A DNA stretch of 64,000 bases. Origin: Nitrospinaceae bacterium (lineage in GTDB: Bacteria; Nitrospinota; Nitrospinia; Nitrospinales; Nitrospinaceae). The stretch lies in NCBI GenBank assembly GCA_965237905.1, contig OZ250172.1, positions 2,592,001 to 2,656,000 of the forward strand. Direction: 5' to 3'. Below, in pieces: positions 29,330 through 41,320 of the stretch (position 1 is its first letter; every line of letters begins with the position of its first letter). Under the pieces are notes generated by a model, which saw only the letters and a list, made by a program, of their open reading frames with translations, made no database searches and was not told where the DNA came from. A program made the translations under genes and the position numbers.

Positions 29330-29392
29330 ATTTTTGTTCATACCACCGGTCGGGCCAACAACAATTTATATGATGAGGATGACGCTAATATC

Positions 29393-29920
29393 TTACAGGA
29401 CGCGTTGGTAGGTAATCACCACCACCTTTTTCTTTTCGCCTTGGGCAAATTGCGTCCAGTGTTGGTTCATCTCATTCTTTCCGGCGAAGGTAAGAGTGAG
29501 GGCATGCATATGCGGTTCACGGGCGGCATCGATGCCAGTGTCTTGAGCCAGGTCGAACTCCAGGGCATTTCCCTTGTCTCCGATGAGAACCATTTTGGGT
29601 TGGTTATTGAGTCCGCAGTAATGGGTCAGGCCCAGTCGGCGGTTTTTGTCATCGTGGTAGATCGTAACCATCTCATTGGGAGTGCCTTCAAAAATGGTTT
29701 CCACCAGAGCACTGCCGGCAGAAGTAACCCGGTAGCTGGCCTTGATTTTTTGAGGCCCTTTTCCCATATCAACGGTGCCTTCCCATTTCCCGGCCAGTTG
29801 TTTCATTTGCTGGAAAGCCTTGGATCCTTCATAAAACTGATGCTCTTCTCCGGTCACACTCAGGGGTCCTGAAGCCAACAGGACGATCAAACCGGTAAGA
29901 ATATATTTTGGAATTTTCAT
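29393..29920 (-). CDS. Hypothetical exported protein
   Basis: Signal peptide; LAGKWEG, EMVTIYH, LTHYC..NQPKM, PHMH. Confidence 0.75.
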   Translation of the reverse strand: MKIPKYILTGLIVLLASGPLSVTGEEHQFYEGSKAFQQMKQLAGKWEGTVDMGKGPQKIKASYRVTSAGSALVETIFEGTPNEMVTIYHDDKNRRLGLTHYCGLNNQPKMVLIGDKGNALEFDLAQDTGIDAAREPHMHALTLTFAGKNEMNQHWTQFAQGEKKKVVVITYQRVL

Positions 29921-29968
29921 AGCGCATTCCTTTAATTTAATTAAATCGTGTGAAATAGGAGACGAGGG

Positions 29969-30097
29969 TTAAATCACACCGAAAAAGATGAGGTAGAGCC
30001 ATGTCACGAGAGCGACGTTGATGATGACGCCAATGTGAAAGAGAACATTGAACAATTTGCCGTAGGTCGGTGTGTATTCCTCCTTGAATTCATCCAT
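29969..30097 (-). CDS. 42 aa single-pass membrane protein (not in ORF track)
   Basis: MDEFKEEYTPTYGKLFNVLFHIGVIINVALVTWLYLIFFGVI*, preceded by GGAG/AGGA RBS, fills the operon gap. Confidence 0.65.
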   Translation of the reverse strand: MDEFKEEYTPTYGKLFNVLFHIGVIINVALVTWLYLIFFGVI

Positions 30098-30109
30098 AAT
30101 TCCTGTCTC

Positions 30110-30931
30110 CTAATCCATGACCAGGGTTTTGAGCCGTTTCGCCAGATCCGATCCGCGAATAATTTTGCGCACCGGACGTTCCATCAGGTTGAGACTCATG
30201 TACAGCCGTTCCAGATTACCAAAAGTTTCGGATTCTGCAATGGCTTCTCCGCCGGCATCCCGAATTTCGTTGCGCCAGATACTCAGCACCTTTAAGGTTT
30301 TCAGGTTATCAGAATTCGATAAGGCTTTTGCGCCCTCGTCCCCGATTCCGTTACTGCACAGATACAACCGCCTCAGACCGGTCAGGGTTTGCGAGTGCGC
30401 CAGTGCCACCGCCCCGCCATCGCCGCTTTGCGTGCTGTCCAGATGCAAGGCTTCCAGCTTTGGGAAATTATCCGATTCCGCCAGGGCCTGGATGCCCTTT
30501 GCACCGATCGGATTGAAATCGAGAAACAGTTCTTCCAGATTTTGGAAATGCTTCGATTCGGCAATCGTCCGCGCCCCCTCGAAGCCGATATTATTGGCCT
30601 CCAGCATCAGGCAGGTCAGGCCTTTCGCTATTTCCGAGTGTGCCAAAGACCGTGCCGCGTCGTCGTTCAGCATGTTGTGGTTGAGGTACAGCGACCGCAC
30701 ATTGCCCTGGAGGTTCTCCAGCGCCTCGATTTCGCGTTCGCCCAACTGATTGTTGCTGAGGTACAGCTTTTCGACTTTAGGGAATGATTCCCATTCGGCC
30801 AGCAGTTTTAACTCTTCCAGGCCGATATTTTTATTTTCCAGATCCAGCAGGCTCTGCTCTTCCACAAATGCTTTCTGAAAAAGCACCTCCGCCTCCGGAC
30901 GGTCCAATTTTTCCAAAGATTTCAACTCCAT
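30110..30931 (-). CDS. Leucine-rich repeat protein (ribonuclease-inhibitor-like repeats)
   Basis: Repeated L.L..N.IG..GA.ALA.S. Confidence 0.85.
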   Translation of the reverse strand: MELKSLEKLDRPEAEVLFQKAFVEEQSLLDLENKNIGLEELKLLAEWESFPKVEKLYLSNNQLGEREIEALENLQGNVRSLYLNHNMLNDDAARSLAHSEIAKGLTCLMLEANNIGFEGARTIAESKHFQNLEELFLDFNPIGAKGIQALAESDNFPKLEALHLDSTQSGDGGAVALAHSQTLTGLRRLYLCSNGIGDEGAKALSNSDNLKTLKVLSIWRNEIRDAGGEAIAESETFGNLERLYMSLNLMERPVRKIIRGSDLAKRLKTLVMD

Positions 30932-31052
30932 TTCTTGTATAGTAACAACCGCAGTGTGATACTAATTTATAGGATTTTACTGAAAAGATCAAATAGTCTC
31001 CGGGGCCGGGCCAAGGCTTCCCGGAAGGCCGGTTGCAAAGGATTCGGAGTCT

Positions 31053-32165
<1,113 letters not shown>

Positions 32166-32185
32166 ACTTAGGCCAAAATCGCTTC

Positions 32186-32209
32186 TTCCCCGGAATTTCT
32201 TCCGGGGAA
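32186..32209. terminator. Perfect 10 bp hairpin after ald (possible terminator)
   Basis: TTCCCCGGAA-TTTC-TTCCGGGGAA. Confidence 0.5.
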
Positions 32210-32239
32210 ATCCATCAATCCCTACTCTTCATAACGTGC

Positions 32240-35200
32240 ATGCGGCATTCTAACTTCGTCCATTTACACGTGCATACACATTACAGCCTGCTGGACTCGT
32301 CCCTGCGTCACGAGGCCTTGTTCCAGCGGGCCGCCGAGTTCCGGATGCCCGCCGTTACCATGACCGACCACGCCAATCTGTTCGGCGCCATGGAGTTTTA
32401 TGCCGGCGCGAAAAAGCATGGGCTCAAACCCATCATCGGGTGCGAGGTGTATGTCGCTCCGGAGAGCCGCCTGAAAAAAGACACTAATCACAGTCTGCGC
32501 GATGCGTCCTACCATTTGATTCTGCTGGCCAAAAACGATACCGGTTACAAAAATCTGCTGAAGCTGGTGACGCAGGGATACCTGGAAGGATTCTATTACA
32601 AGCCGCGCATCGATAAAGAACTATTGGCGGAAAACGCCGAAGGGTTGATCGCGCTCTCTTGCTGTAATCGGGGCGAGGTGGCGCATCACCTCAACAAGGA
32701 GAATATTCCCCGCGCCACCAAAATGGCCGAGCAGTACCGGGACATCATGGGTGAGGACAATTTTTATCTGGAACTGCAGGATCATAAACTGGAATGGCAG
32801 GAGGGGATCAACAGGGGATTGCTGGAGATCAGTAAAAACACCGGCATCCCGGTCGTGGCGACCAACAACTGCCATTACCTCGACCGGGACGATTTTCGTG
32901 CCCACGAAATCCTGTTGTGCCTGCAGACCGGTAAGACCATGGATGACCCGTACCGGATGAAGTATCACTCCGACGAATATTATTTTAAATCGGCGGAGGA
33001 GATGACCGAGCTGTTCCAGCAGGTGCCGGAGGCTATTGAGAACACCGTCAAAATCGCCGAGCGGTGCAATCTGGAGATGGAGTTGGGCATTGACAACCTG
33101 CCGGAGTATCCCGTGCCCGAATCCTACACGCTAACGACCTACCTCGAAGAACGGGCGCAGGAAGGCCTGCAGGAACGGTTCGATAACATGAAACGGCTGG
33201 GGCAGACTTTCGACCTGGAAGTTTATGAGGCCCGCCTGGAGGAAGAACTGCAGATCATCCAGAAGATGGGATACCCCGGATATTTTCTGATCGTGTGGGA
33301 TTTCATCCGTCACGCGCGGGAGCATGGCATACCGGTAGGTCCGGGACGCGGCTCCGCCGCGGGGAGCCTGGTGGCGTATTCGCTGAAAATCACCGACATT
33401 GATCCTATGCAGTATGGGCTGTTGTTCGAGCGCTTCCTGAATCCGGAACGGGTGAGCATGCCGGATATCGATATTGATTTCTGTATGGACGGGCGCGACG
33501 AGGTGATCAAATACGTTTCGGAAAAATACGGCGGCAACGCCTTCGTCAGCCAGATCATCACTTTCGGAAGCATGAACGCGAAGGCGGTCATCCGCGACGT
33601 AGGCCGGGTGTTGGGGATGACCTACGGCGAAGTTGATAAAATTGCCAAACTGATACCCAACCGGTTGAATATCACACTCACCGCAGCGTTCAAGGAGGAG
33701 CCAAGGTTCAAGGAAATGCGCAAGGAAAGCGCAAGCGTCGACGAGTTGTTGAATATCGCACTCCGGCTGGAAGGCCTGCCGCGCCACTGTTCGACCCATG
33801 CGGCGGGCGTGGTGATTTCTCCGAAGCCGCTGACCGAGTTCCTTCCTCTTTATAAAGGAAGCAACGACGAAGTGGTCACCCAGTTTTCAATGAACAACAT
33901 CGAAAAGCTGGGCCTGCTCAAGATGGACTTCCTCGGCCTGCGCACGTTGACAGTCATCCATAATGCTCTCAAACTCATTCAATCCTCTATGGAGATGGAG
34001 CTGGATATCGACGCGATTCCCAAGGACGACGCCAAAACGTTCGCGCTTCTCAGCGATGCCCGTACGCGCGGCGTGTTTCAATTGGAAAGTTCCGGCATGC
34101 GCGATCTACTTAAGAAAATGAAGCCGGACAGCTTTGAAGACATCATTGCCCTGCTGGCGTTGTTCCGGCCCGGTCCGCTGGAGAGCGGCATGATCGACGA
34201 CTATGTGAAACGCAAGCACGGCACGATGGATGAGAAATACGACCTGCCGCAGTTGAAGGAAATCCTGCAAGAAACGCATGGCGTGATTCTCTATCAGGAA
34301 CAGGTCATGAAAATTGCCAACGTTCTGGCCGGGTTCACCCTGGGCGACGCCGATCTGCTTCGCCGCGCCATGGGGAAAAAGAAACCGGAGGAGATGGCTC
34401 AGCAGAGGGAAAAGTTTGCCAAGGGATCAGCGCACAACAAAATTCCCGAGAAAAAAGCAGAACGCATTTTCGATCTGATGGAAAAATTCGCGGGGTACGG
34501 TTTCAATAAATCGCACAGTGCGGCCTATGCGTTGATCTCCTATCAGACCGCATACCTGAAAGCGCATTATCCCCTGCAGTTTTTCGGCGCGTTGATCACC
34601 AGTGACATGGACAACACGGACAAAGTCATCCGTTACATCAACGACGCGCGGGAGATGGGTATCCAGATTCTGCCGCCGGATGTGAACGAAAGCCAGAAGG
34701 ATTTTTCAATTTCGAAAGACGCATTACTGTTCGGGCTCGGGGCGATCAAGAACGTCGGGTCGGCGGCTATCGATCAGATTATTGAAACCCGTCAGGAGTT
34801 GGGTCGGTTCGATTCACTCAAACAGCTTTGCGAACAGGTGGACCTCCGGCAAGTCAATAAGCGGGTCATCGAAAGCCTGGTTAAGAGTGGCGCCTGCGAT
34901 TCCCTGGGGGAAGGCAGGGCCAGCATGATGCATCACCTGCTGTTGTACATGGATATGGGCCAGGCCCGGCAAAGAGACAAACAGTTGGGGCAGTCCAACA
35001 TGTTCGATACGTTTGAGGAGGAAGTGGCGAATGAGGCGCCGCCTCCATCCAGCGAGATTAAGGAGTGGAGCGACCACGACCGCCTGCGATTCGAAAAGGA
35101 AACCATCGGCTTTTACGTGTCCGGGCATCCCTTGACGCGGTATCAAAAGGACATCGACTGGTTCACCGATTCCAGTTCGGCCAGTATTTCAGAGCAGGAC

Positions 35201-35704
35201 AACGGCAAGAGCGTCAGCCTCGCCGGGGTGCCGTTCAAGATCATCCCGAAAACGACACGCAGGGGCGACAAGATGGCGCTGGTGACTCTGGAGGATTTGC
35301 AGGGTACGGTGGAAGTCACCCTGTGGCCGGAAATTTATCAGGCGTCCGCGGAACTTCTGGCGGCGGACGAACCGATTCTGGTCAAGGGCACGGTGGATTC
35401 GGTTGACAACGTGCCCAAGGTGATCGCCACGGCAGTGTTGCCTTTATCAGAGGCGAAGAACCATTGGGATGGTGAGGTGCACCTTCGGATTCGAACGCCG
35501 GGTCTTGAAAAAGATATGATGGCATCGGTCAAAAAAGTGCTCGCCGGGCATCAGGGAACCAATCCTCTGCTGGTCCATTTCATTTTTCCGGACAGCAAGA
35601 ACCGGGTTCGGACGGTGAAATCCGACATGAAAGTGAAGCCCAGTGACGCTGTGATTCACGAGGTCGAAGCATTGCTGGGGGAAGAGTCGATTTACTTTAA
35701 GTGA
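32240..35704 (+). CDS. dnaE: DNA polymerase III alpha subunit
   Basis: FVHLHVHTHYSLLD, GPGRGSAAGSLVAY, PDIDIDF, KMDFLGL, YGFNKSH. Confidence 0.97.
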   Translation: MRHSNFVHLHVHTHYSLLDSSLRHEALFQRAAEFRMPAVTMTDHANLFGAMEFYAGAKKHGLKPIIGCEVYVAPESRLKKDTNHSLRDASYHLILLAKNDTGYKNLLKLVTQGYLEGFYYKPRIDKELLAENAEGLIALSCCNRGEVAHHLNKENIPRATKMAEQYRDIMGEDNFYLELQDHKLEWQEGINRGLLEISKNTGIPVVATNNCHYLDRDDFRAHEILLCLQTGKTMDDPYRMKYHSDEYYFKSAEEMTELFQQVPEAIENTVKIAERCNLEMELGIDNLPEYPVPESYTLTTYLEERAQEGLQERFDNMKRLGQTFDLEVYEARLEEELQIIQKMGYPGYFLIVWDFIRHAREHGIPVGPGRGSAAGSLVAYSLKITDIDPMQYGLLFERFLNPERVSMPDIDIDFCMDGRDEVIKYVSEKYGGNAFVSQIITFGSMNAKAVIRDVGRVLGMTYGEVDKIAKLIPNRLNITLTAAFKEEPRFKEMRKESASVDELLNIALRLEGLPRHCSTHAAGVVISPKPLTEFLPLYKGSNDEVVTQFSMNNIEKLGLLKMDFLGLRTLTVIHNALKLIQSSMEMELDIDAIPKDDAKTFALLSDARTRGVFQLESSGMRDLLKKMKPDSFEDIIALLALFRPGPLESGMIDDYVKRKHGTMDEKYDLPQLKEILQETHGVILYQEQVMKIANVLAGFTLGDADLLRRAMGKKKPEEMAQQREKFAKGSAHNKIPEKKAERIFDLMEKFAGYGFNKSHSAAYALISYQTAYLKAHYPLQFFGALITSDMDNTDKVIRYINDAREMGIQILPPDVNESQKDFSISKDALLFGLGAIKNVGSAAIDQIIETRQELGRFDSLKQLCEQVDLRQVNKRVIESLVKSGACDSLGEGRASMMHHLLLYMDMGQARQRDKQLGQSNMFDTFEEEVANEAPPPSSEIKEWSDHDRLRFEKETIGFYVSGHPLTRYQKDIDWFTDSSSASISEQDNGKSVSLAGVPFKIIPKTTRRGDKMALVTLEDLQGTVEVTLWPEIYQASAELLAADEPILVKGTVDSVDNVPKVIATAVLPLSEAKNHWDGEVHLRIRTPGLEKDMMASVKKVLAGHQGTNPLLVHFIFPDSKNRVRTVKSDMKVKPSDAVIHEVEALLGEESIYFK

Positions 35705-35711
35705 GGTTACC

Positions 35712-36353
35712 TCAACCCAGCAGATGTTGCTGTATCAGTGCTTCCGCTTGGGTGAATTCTTCTTCAAGGGTGGATGGCGGCAGAAGCATGGGGATAGTGA
35801 CGACCGGCCCATGGCGTGAAACAATCTGGAGGGCGGGAACCGTTGGTCGACCCAGCAATAGTGCAGGAAGAAAGAAACGGGACGCTCTTTGAACCGATTC
35901 GACATCCTTCCATGCGATAAAAGCTTTAGGAGGGGCCGCCGGAAAATGGATGCGTGAAAAGTGCATGGCAAGCCCCTCGGGCCCCAGCGTGACGAAGTAG
36001 GCACGGGGAAACATGTCGCGGTTGTTCAGCATCACCAGAATCACCCGCATCAGACCGGCCAGCATCAGCAGGCACAACGCAGAGATGCCCAGTGTGGTGC
36101 CGTTGACTTTCCACTCGCCGAGAAATCCGGACAGCGGAAGAAAAATGACACAGGCCATTAACAGCGGTAGCGGGGCGATCATGAACAATCCATGAAACCG
36201 GATTTTCAGTGCCGGTAAACCTTTCGGCAGGACGGCATGGACTCCATCGCCGCAATCGATCACCGCGCGGGTTTGGGTTTCTTCTTCGTGCTCCGCGATA
36301 TAAGCATCGGCCTGGTCGTAATTTTTGGAAGCCCAGTTTTCGCTGTTCATCAA
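35712..36353 (-). CDS. Hypothetical membrane protein
   Basis: Two TM helices followed by a soluble domain. Confidence 0.65.
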   Translation of the reverse strand: MMNSENWASKNYDQADAYIAEHEEETQTRAVIDCGDGVHAVLPKGLPALKIRFHGLFMIAPLPLLMACVIFLPLSGFLGEWKVNGTTLGISALCLLMLAGLMRVILVMLNNRDMFPRAYFVTLGPEGLAMHFSRIHFPAAPPKAFIAWKDVESVQRASRFFLPALLLGRPTVPALQIVSRHGPVVTIPMLLPPSTLEEEFTQAEALIQQHLLG

Positions 36354-36428
36354 TTTTATTCCGGCGCGCCGGGACTCCGTTTATGAGATAATAAAAACTT
36401 TATTATTTCGTTTAGATGACAGGTTTCA

Positions 36429-37742
36429 TTGAAAATTCAGACCGACACTGAAATCAAAAGTTTTCGAAGCACCCTGGCCAACGGCCTGACAGTGGTGGCG
36501 GTGGAGATGCCGCATATCCATACGATTGAGGTCGCCATGTTCGTCCGTGCCGGTCTGCGTTTTGAAAATGAGAAAAATAACGGAGTTTCCCATTTCCTGG
36601 AACACATGATGTTCCGGGGCAACCGGAAATACCCGGATTCCATCTCTCTCAATCTGGAATTCGAGAAGATCGGCCGCGACCTGCGTGCCTCCACCCTCAG
36701 CGAGTACACCTACTACGGTTTCAGCCCGCATTATGACCAATTGGAACGCGGAATGGAATTGTTTGCTGAATTTTTTACCGATCCCACTTTTCCCCATATC
36801 GAGCTGGAGCGCGGAATCATTCTGGAAGAGTGTCTGGAGGACTTGAATGCCGAGGGTGAAAATATCGACATCAACAACGTCGCCTGCGCCCTGATGTACC
36901 CAGACAATCCGCTCGCTCTGCCGACCATCGGAACAGAGGAGTCGATCGAATCCATCGATGCTGCGATGCTCCGGGACTACTTTGAGAAATACTATTGTCC
37001 TTCCAACATGGTATTGGTCGGGGCGGGATGCCTGGCGCAATCGCAATTCCATCAACTGGCGCAAACGCATTTCGGAAAAATTCCGCGCCGGGGCACCGCC
37101 GTGCCCAAAGATTATTTTTTGAATAGCATGCGCGAAGACCAAACAAAGCCGCAATTTCGTGTTCAGGAAGATGTCGACAGTCAGGATGAGGTGCAAATCT
37201 GTTTCCGGTCTGTTTCCTACAATCACCCGGATTATTACACCGCCTGTTTGGCCGGCCGGTTGTTCGACGACGGCGTCAGCTCCCGTCTGCAAAAGGTACT
37301 GCGGGAAGAGCAGGGCCTGGCCTATTCGGTGGAATGCCGCGCCACCAGCCTGGCGGATATCGGGACCATCGATTTTGACGTGACTGCGCGCCCCGAGAAA
37401 GTATCGGCCATTGTCCAGGTGATTTTCGGCGAAATCAAAAAGTTTTTAGATTCCGGCGTCACGCTGGAGGAACTGGATCACGTTAAAAAAAGATACATGT
37501 ACGACCTCGCGCTGGAGTTGGACGAGCCCGGCAAGCAGGCGGCGCGTTATGGATTCTCCGAGCTGTATTCCAAAGTCATCACCCTGGAAGAAGAAAGGGA
37601 TCTCGTCGAGTCGATCACTCTCGAAGATATCTGCCGGGTGGCCGAGTCGATTTTTAAAGCCCGCAACCTCAACGTCGTTCTGGTTGGTCCCCACACTCCG
37701 CAAATCGACCAGGAACTCGAACGATTGATCCGCGAATTCTAA
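36429..37742 (+). CDS. M16 family zinc peptidase
   Basis: GVSHFLEHMMFRG (HxxEH), SSRLQKVLREEQGLAYSV. Confidence 0.9.
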   Translation: MKIQTDTEIKSFRSTLANGLTVVAVEMPHIHTIEVAMFVRAGLRFENEKNNGVSHFLEHMMFRGNRKYPDSISLNLEFEKIGRDLRASTLSEYTYYGFSPHYDQLERGMELFAEFFTDPTFPHIELERGIILEECLEDLNAEGENIDINNVACALMYPDNPLALPTIGTEESIESIDAAMLRDYFEKYYCPSNMVLVGAGCLAQSQFHQLAQTHFGKIPRRGTAVPKDYFLNSMREDQTKPQFRVQEDVDSQDEVQICFRSVSYNHPDYYTACLAGRLFDDGVSSRLQKVLREEQGLAYSVECRATSLADIGTIDFDVTARPEKVSAIVQVIFGEIKKFLDSGVTLEELDHVKKRYMYDLALELDEPGKQAARYGFSELYSKVITLEEERDLVESITLEDICRVAESIFKARNLNVVLVGPHTPQIDQELERLIREF

Positions 37743-37759
37743 TCCAAACCCTTTGATTC

Positions 37760-38569
37760 ATGTTGAACGATTTCCACCTTCAATTGATATTCAAAAAGAG
37801 TGGGTTGACCGTGGTCTTGTTCTTTTGCTTTGTTTGGGGATGCGGGACTCCGGACGCACAGTATTCAAGTTGTATAGACGACGGCGACTGCACCTCACAG
37901 TTGCAGGTAAAAAAATTTTCCGGTGACATTCCGGTGTCGCCCGATTCCAAGTTCTGGAGCTCCCCACAGGGGTCGGGGAAAACCACCGTCGATTTGGGAC
38001 CGCAATTGATCACCAATCCGCAATGGCCCAATCCTTTCGTTAAGAAAGTTTTCATCAGTGTTGCGCGGACGGCGACACAGATCGCGGTTCGCCTGGAATG
38101 GGAGGATAATTCGGTGGACAACGGGATTGACCAATCGCGTCTGTACACGGATCAGGCGGCAATCATGTTTCCCCTTAACTCGAATAAGAAAGTGCCGCCC
38201 ATCACCATGGGTGGTGAAGGTTTTCCGGTCAATATCTGGCAATGGAAAGCGGTGCGTCAAGTGACGGCCGACGCCGCGCAGAAGGATTCGGCCGCGAGAT
38301 TGTCCCCGATCGAAGATTTGAATGCAGAGGGATTCAGCACCCTCACGCGCCAGGATGAGCAGAACGTTTCCGGCAAAGGATTACGTACGAACAAAGGCTG
38401 GCAGGTGGTGTTCAAAAGAAACTTAACGAATGCGGACGAGCATGACGTGCAGTTTACGGGATCGACACCGATGGCCGTCGCCATCTGGAACGGCGGCAAC
38501 CGCGAAACCAACGGCCAGAAGGGACTTGCGGGTTGGATTCTTTTGCAATTCGGGAACGGGGCAGATTAA
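37760..38569 (+). CDS. DMSO reductase type II heme b gamma subunit-like (EbdC/NxrC-like)
   Basis: VRLEWED, DQAAIMFP, ITMG, VNIWQWKA, AVAIWNGGNRETNGQK. Confidence 0.8.
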   Translation: MLNDFHLQLIFKKSGLTVVLFFCFVWGCGTPDAQYSSCIDDGDCTSQLQVKKFSGDIPVSPDSKFWSSPQGSGKTTVDLGPQLITNPQWPNPFVKKVFISVARTATQIAVRLEWEDNSVDNGIDQSRLYTDQAAIMFPLNSNKKVPPITMGGEGFPVNIWQWKAVRQVTADAAQKDSAARLSPIEDLNAEGFSTLTRQDEQNVSGKGLRTNKGWQVVFKRNLTNADEHDVQFTGSTPMAVAIWNGGNRETNGQKGLAGWILLQFGNGAD

Positions 38570-39501
38570 TCTTTTTTGCCAGCGAGGTTTTTGCGGAAGC
38601 GTTCAAACGTTCCTTCCAGGTAGGGAATCATGGTGTCCTTCAACTCCTGCGGCACGAAGTTGATCTTGTCCGCCGGCCAGTTTTCGATCTGGTGAATGTC
38701 CAGACCCGCCTTTGTGTACGGCCCCTCCAAAGCTTCTTCATAGCCATAGACCAGCGCGTTGGAATGAACCTTATGGTACAACTCTTCGATTTTCGCGGGA
38801 TCGTGCAGTCCGCCGATGAAACAGTCGAATAATTCCTGGACGAGGGGTTCAGCGTGCTCGGCGAAGTCCGGTGACAGAGCAGGTTTCAGGGTGAAGTAAA
38901 TAATCATCGCGTCCTGCAACATGAATTTCAATTCATCAGTCGCTTTTTTCAGAGGACGGTGATTGATGTCGAGCAGTTCTTTGATCTGTTTGACGTTTCT
39001 TATGGCGTCGTAGATGATGGACTCCGCCCAGGTGGCGCTGTTCCAAACAAAAAACGCGCGCACGAATTTGACCCGCCGTGTGGCGTCCCACATCTGAAGT
39101 GTGGTGGTGGGGCGAATCTTGTTGGTGCATGGCACCTTTTCTCCCCAATGGGGATCAGTCAGCTTCAGTTGATACTTACCGAAATTGGTTTGCAGGGTGT
39201 CACGGTAAATCTCCATGAGCTTTTCGAAATTGTCCGGCTCGTCCAGCGGGGTGTTCTGTGGCAGGCTGACCAGCGAATACAAGCGCACCACGTTGGTCCG
39301 GGAGACGCCGATGTCATCCGCCACCAGGTAAGTTCCGCCCCACATCCCGGCGGTGATGGGGATGTCGATCCCCGTTTCGGCGTTCAACCGGTCCCGTACC
39401 ATCTGCGCGGTCTGACCGAACAGTTCGTGAAGGTGGAACAGGTTGATGTTGCGCGGGCCGGCGAATAAGGTTTCGGGCAACTGCGTGTCAAGGCTCATCA
39501 T
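38566..39501 (-). CDS. Hypothetical protein
   Basis: Long ORF with host-like codon use directly downstream of ilvD. Confidence 0.7.
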   Translation of the reverse strand: MMSLDTQLPETLFAGPRNINLFHLHELFGQTAQMVRDRLNAETGIDIPITAGMWGGTYLVADDIGVSRTNVVRLYSLVSLPQNTPLDEPDNFEKLMEIYRDTLQTNFGKYQLKLTDPHWGEKVPCTNKIRPTTTLQMWDATRRVKFVRAFFVWNSATWAESIIYDAIRNVKQIKELLDINHRPLKKATDELKFMLQDAMIIYFTLKPALSPDFAEHAEPLVQELFDCFIGGLHDPAKIEELYHKVHSNALVYGYEEALEGPYTKAGLDIHQIENWPADKINFVPQELKDTMIPYLEGTFERFRKNLAGKKD

Positions 39502-39524
39502 GGATGGAAGTGTGCGTTCTCGGG

Positions 39525-41216
39525 TTAATCCGTCACCGCTCCACGGGACGCTGTAGAGACTAGCTTGGCGTATTTGGCCAATGCTCCGGATTTGTATTTG
39601 ATCGCCGGTGCCTGCCATTGTTTTTTGCGTTTGTCCAGTTCTGCGTCGCTGACGTTGAGCTGGATCAGGTTCTTCTCAATGTCGATGGTGATGGTGTCGC
39701 CTGCCTGCACGAGACCGATGGTACCGCCGACCTGTGCTTCCGGCGCGACGTGGCCAACCACCAGTCCGTAGGAGCCGCCGGAAAAGCGGCCGTCGGTCAA
39801 CAACCCGACGCTTTCTCCCAGTCCCTTGCCGACCAATGCAGACGTTGGCGCCAGCATCTCGCGCATGCCCGGGCCGCCTTTCGGACCCTCGTAGCGAATA
39901 ACGACGACATCGCCCGCCTTAATTTTGTTGCCGATAATCGCGTCCAGGCATTCTTCTTCCGAGTTGAAAATCTGCGCGGGACCTTCGATCCGGTGCGTTT
40001 TAATTCCGGAAATTTTGGCGACGCATCCCTCCGGCGATAGATTGCCTTTCAGGATGACGAGATGGCCTTCTTTCGACTTCGGTGCGCTGAGCGGTAGAAT
40101 GACATCCTGTGTGGAGGCCGGTGCGTCGGGAATGCTCTTCAGGTTTTCCGCGACGGTTTTTCCGGTCACGGTCATGCAGTCGCCGTGCAGGATTCCCGCC
40201 TTCAACAGCATCTTCATGACCTGAGGAATACCGCCGGCCTGATGCAAGTCGACTGTCACGTATTTGCCGGACGGTTTCAGGTCGCAGAAGTGCGGCACTT
40301 TCTTGCGGATCGTTTCGAAATCGTCGATGGTCAACTCGATGCCCATGCTGTGCGCGATGGCGAGCAGGTGCAGTACCGCGTTGGTCGACCCGCCCACCGC
40401 CATGACCAGGGCAATCGCGTTCTCCAGCGATTTGCGTGTGATGATGTCCGACGGGAGTATGTTTTTCCTTAATAACGTGAACAGCGCCAGACTGCTCTGC
40501 TGGGTGCTCAATTCTTTTTCTTTGTCCTCGTTGGACATGGTGGAGCTGTAAGGCAGGCTCATCCCCATGGCCTCGATAGCGGACGACATCGTGTTGGCGG
40601 TGAACATGCCGCCGCAGGAACCATGCCCGGGACACGCGTTTTTCTCGATGGCGGTCAGTTGGTCCTTGTCGATCAATCCGCCGCTGAACTGACCCACCGC
40701 TTCGAACGCGCTGACGACGGTCAAATCCTGATCTCCCAGATGGCCGGGTTTGATGGTGCCGCCGTACACAAAAACGCTGGGAATGTTCAGACGCGCCAGG
40801 GCGATCAAAGCGCCGGGCATATTTTTGTCACATCCGCCGATGCAGATCATCGCGTCCATGCAGGCGCCGCGGCCGACCACTTCGATCGAGTCGGCGATCA
40901 CTTCACGGCTGATGAGCGAGGCCTTCATGCCCTCGGTGCCCATGGAGATGCCGTCGCTGATGGTGATGGTGCCGAACATCTGCGGCATGCCGCCATTATT
41001 TTTGATTTCCGCCATGGCGACGTCCGCCAGCTTGCCCAGCCCGGCGTTGCAGGGGGTGATGTTGCTCTGGCCGTTGGCGACGCCGATGATCGGCTTGTCA
41101 AAATCTTCGTCGTTGAATCCGACACTGCGCAGCATGGCGCGGTTGGGCGAACGTTTGTCGCCCGCCGTGATCAGGCGGCTTTTTTTGTTCAGTGCTTCTT
41201 TACTGCTCTCCGGCAT
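39525..41216 (-). CDS. ilvD: Dihydroxy-acid dehydratase
   Basis: [42 protein letters not shown]. Confidence 0.96.
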   Translation of the reverse strand: MPESSKEALNKKSRLITAGDKRSPNRAMLRSVGFNDEDFDKPIIGVANGQSNITPCNAGLGKLADVAMAEIKNNGGMPQMFGTITISDGISMGTEGMKASLISREVIADSIEVVGRGACMDAMICIGGCDKNMPGALIALARLNIPSVFVYGGTIKPGHLGDQDLTVVSAFEAVGQFSGGLIDKDQLTAIEKNACPGHGSCGGMFTANTMSSAIEAMGMSLPYSSTMSNEDKEKELSTQQSSLALFTLLRKNILPSDIITRKSLENAIALVMAVGGSTNAVLHLLAIAHSMGIELTIDDFETIRKKVPHFCDLKPSGKYVTVDLHQAGGIPQVMKMLLKAGILHGDCMTVTGKTVAENLKSIPDAPASTQDVILPLSAPKSKEGHLVILKGNLSPEGCVAKISGIKTHRIEGPAQIFNSEEECLDAIIGNKIKAGDVVVIRYEGPKGGPGMREMLAPTSALVGKGLGESVGLLTDGRFSGGSYGLVVGHVAPEAQVGGTIGLVQAGDTITIDIEKNLIQLNVSDAELDKRKKQWQAPAIKYKSGALAKYAKLVSTASRGAVTD

Positions 41217-41320
41217 TCTCGGTACTCCTGTTCAGGCCCCGGAGGGGGTGTTGGGGTAATTTTGTCTGGAAAATCGACATCATAACCCCTCGTGGGGGAA
41301 AATTAAAATAAAATGTGGGA

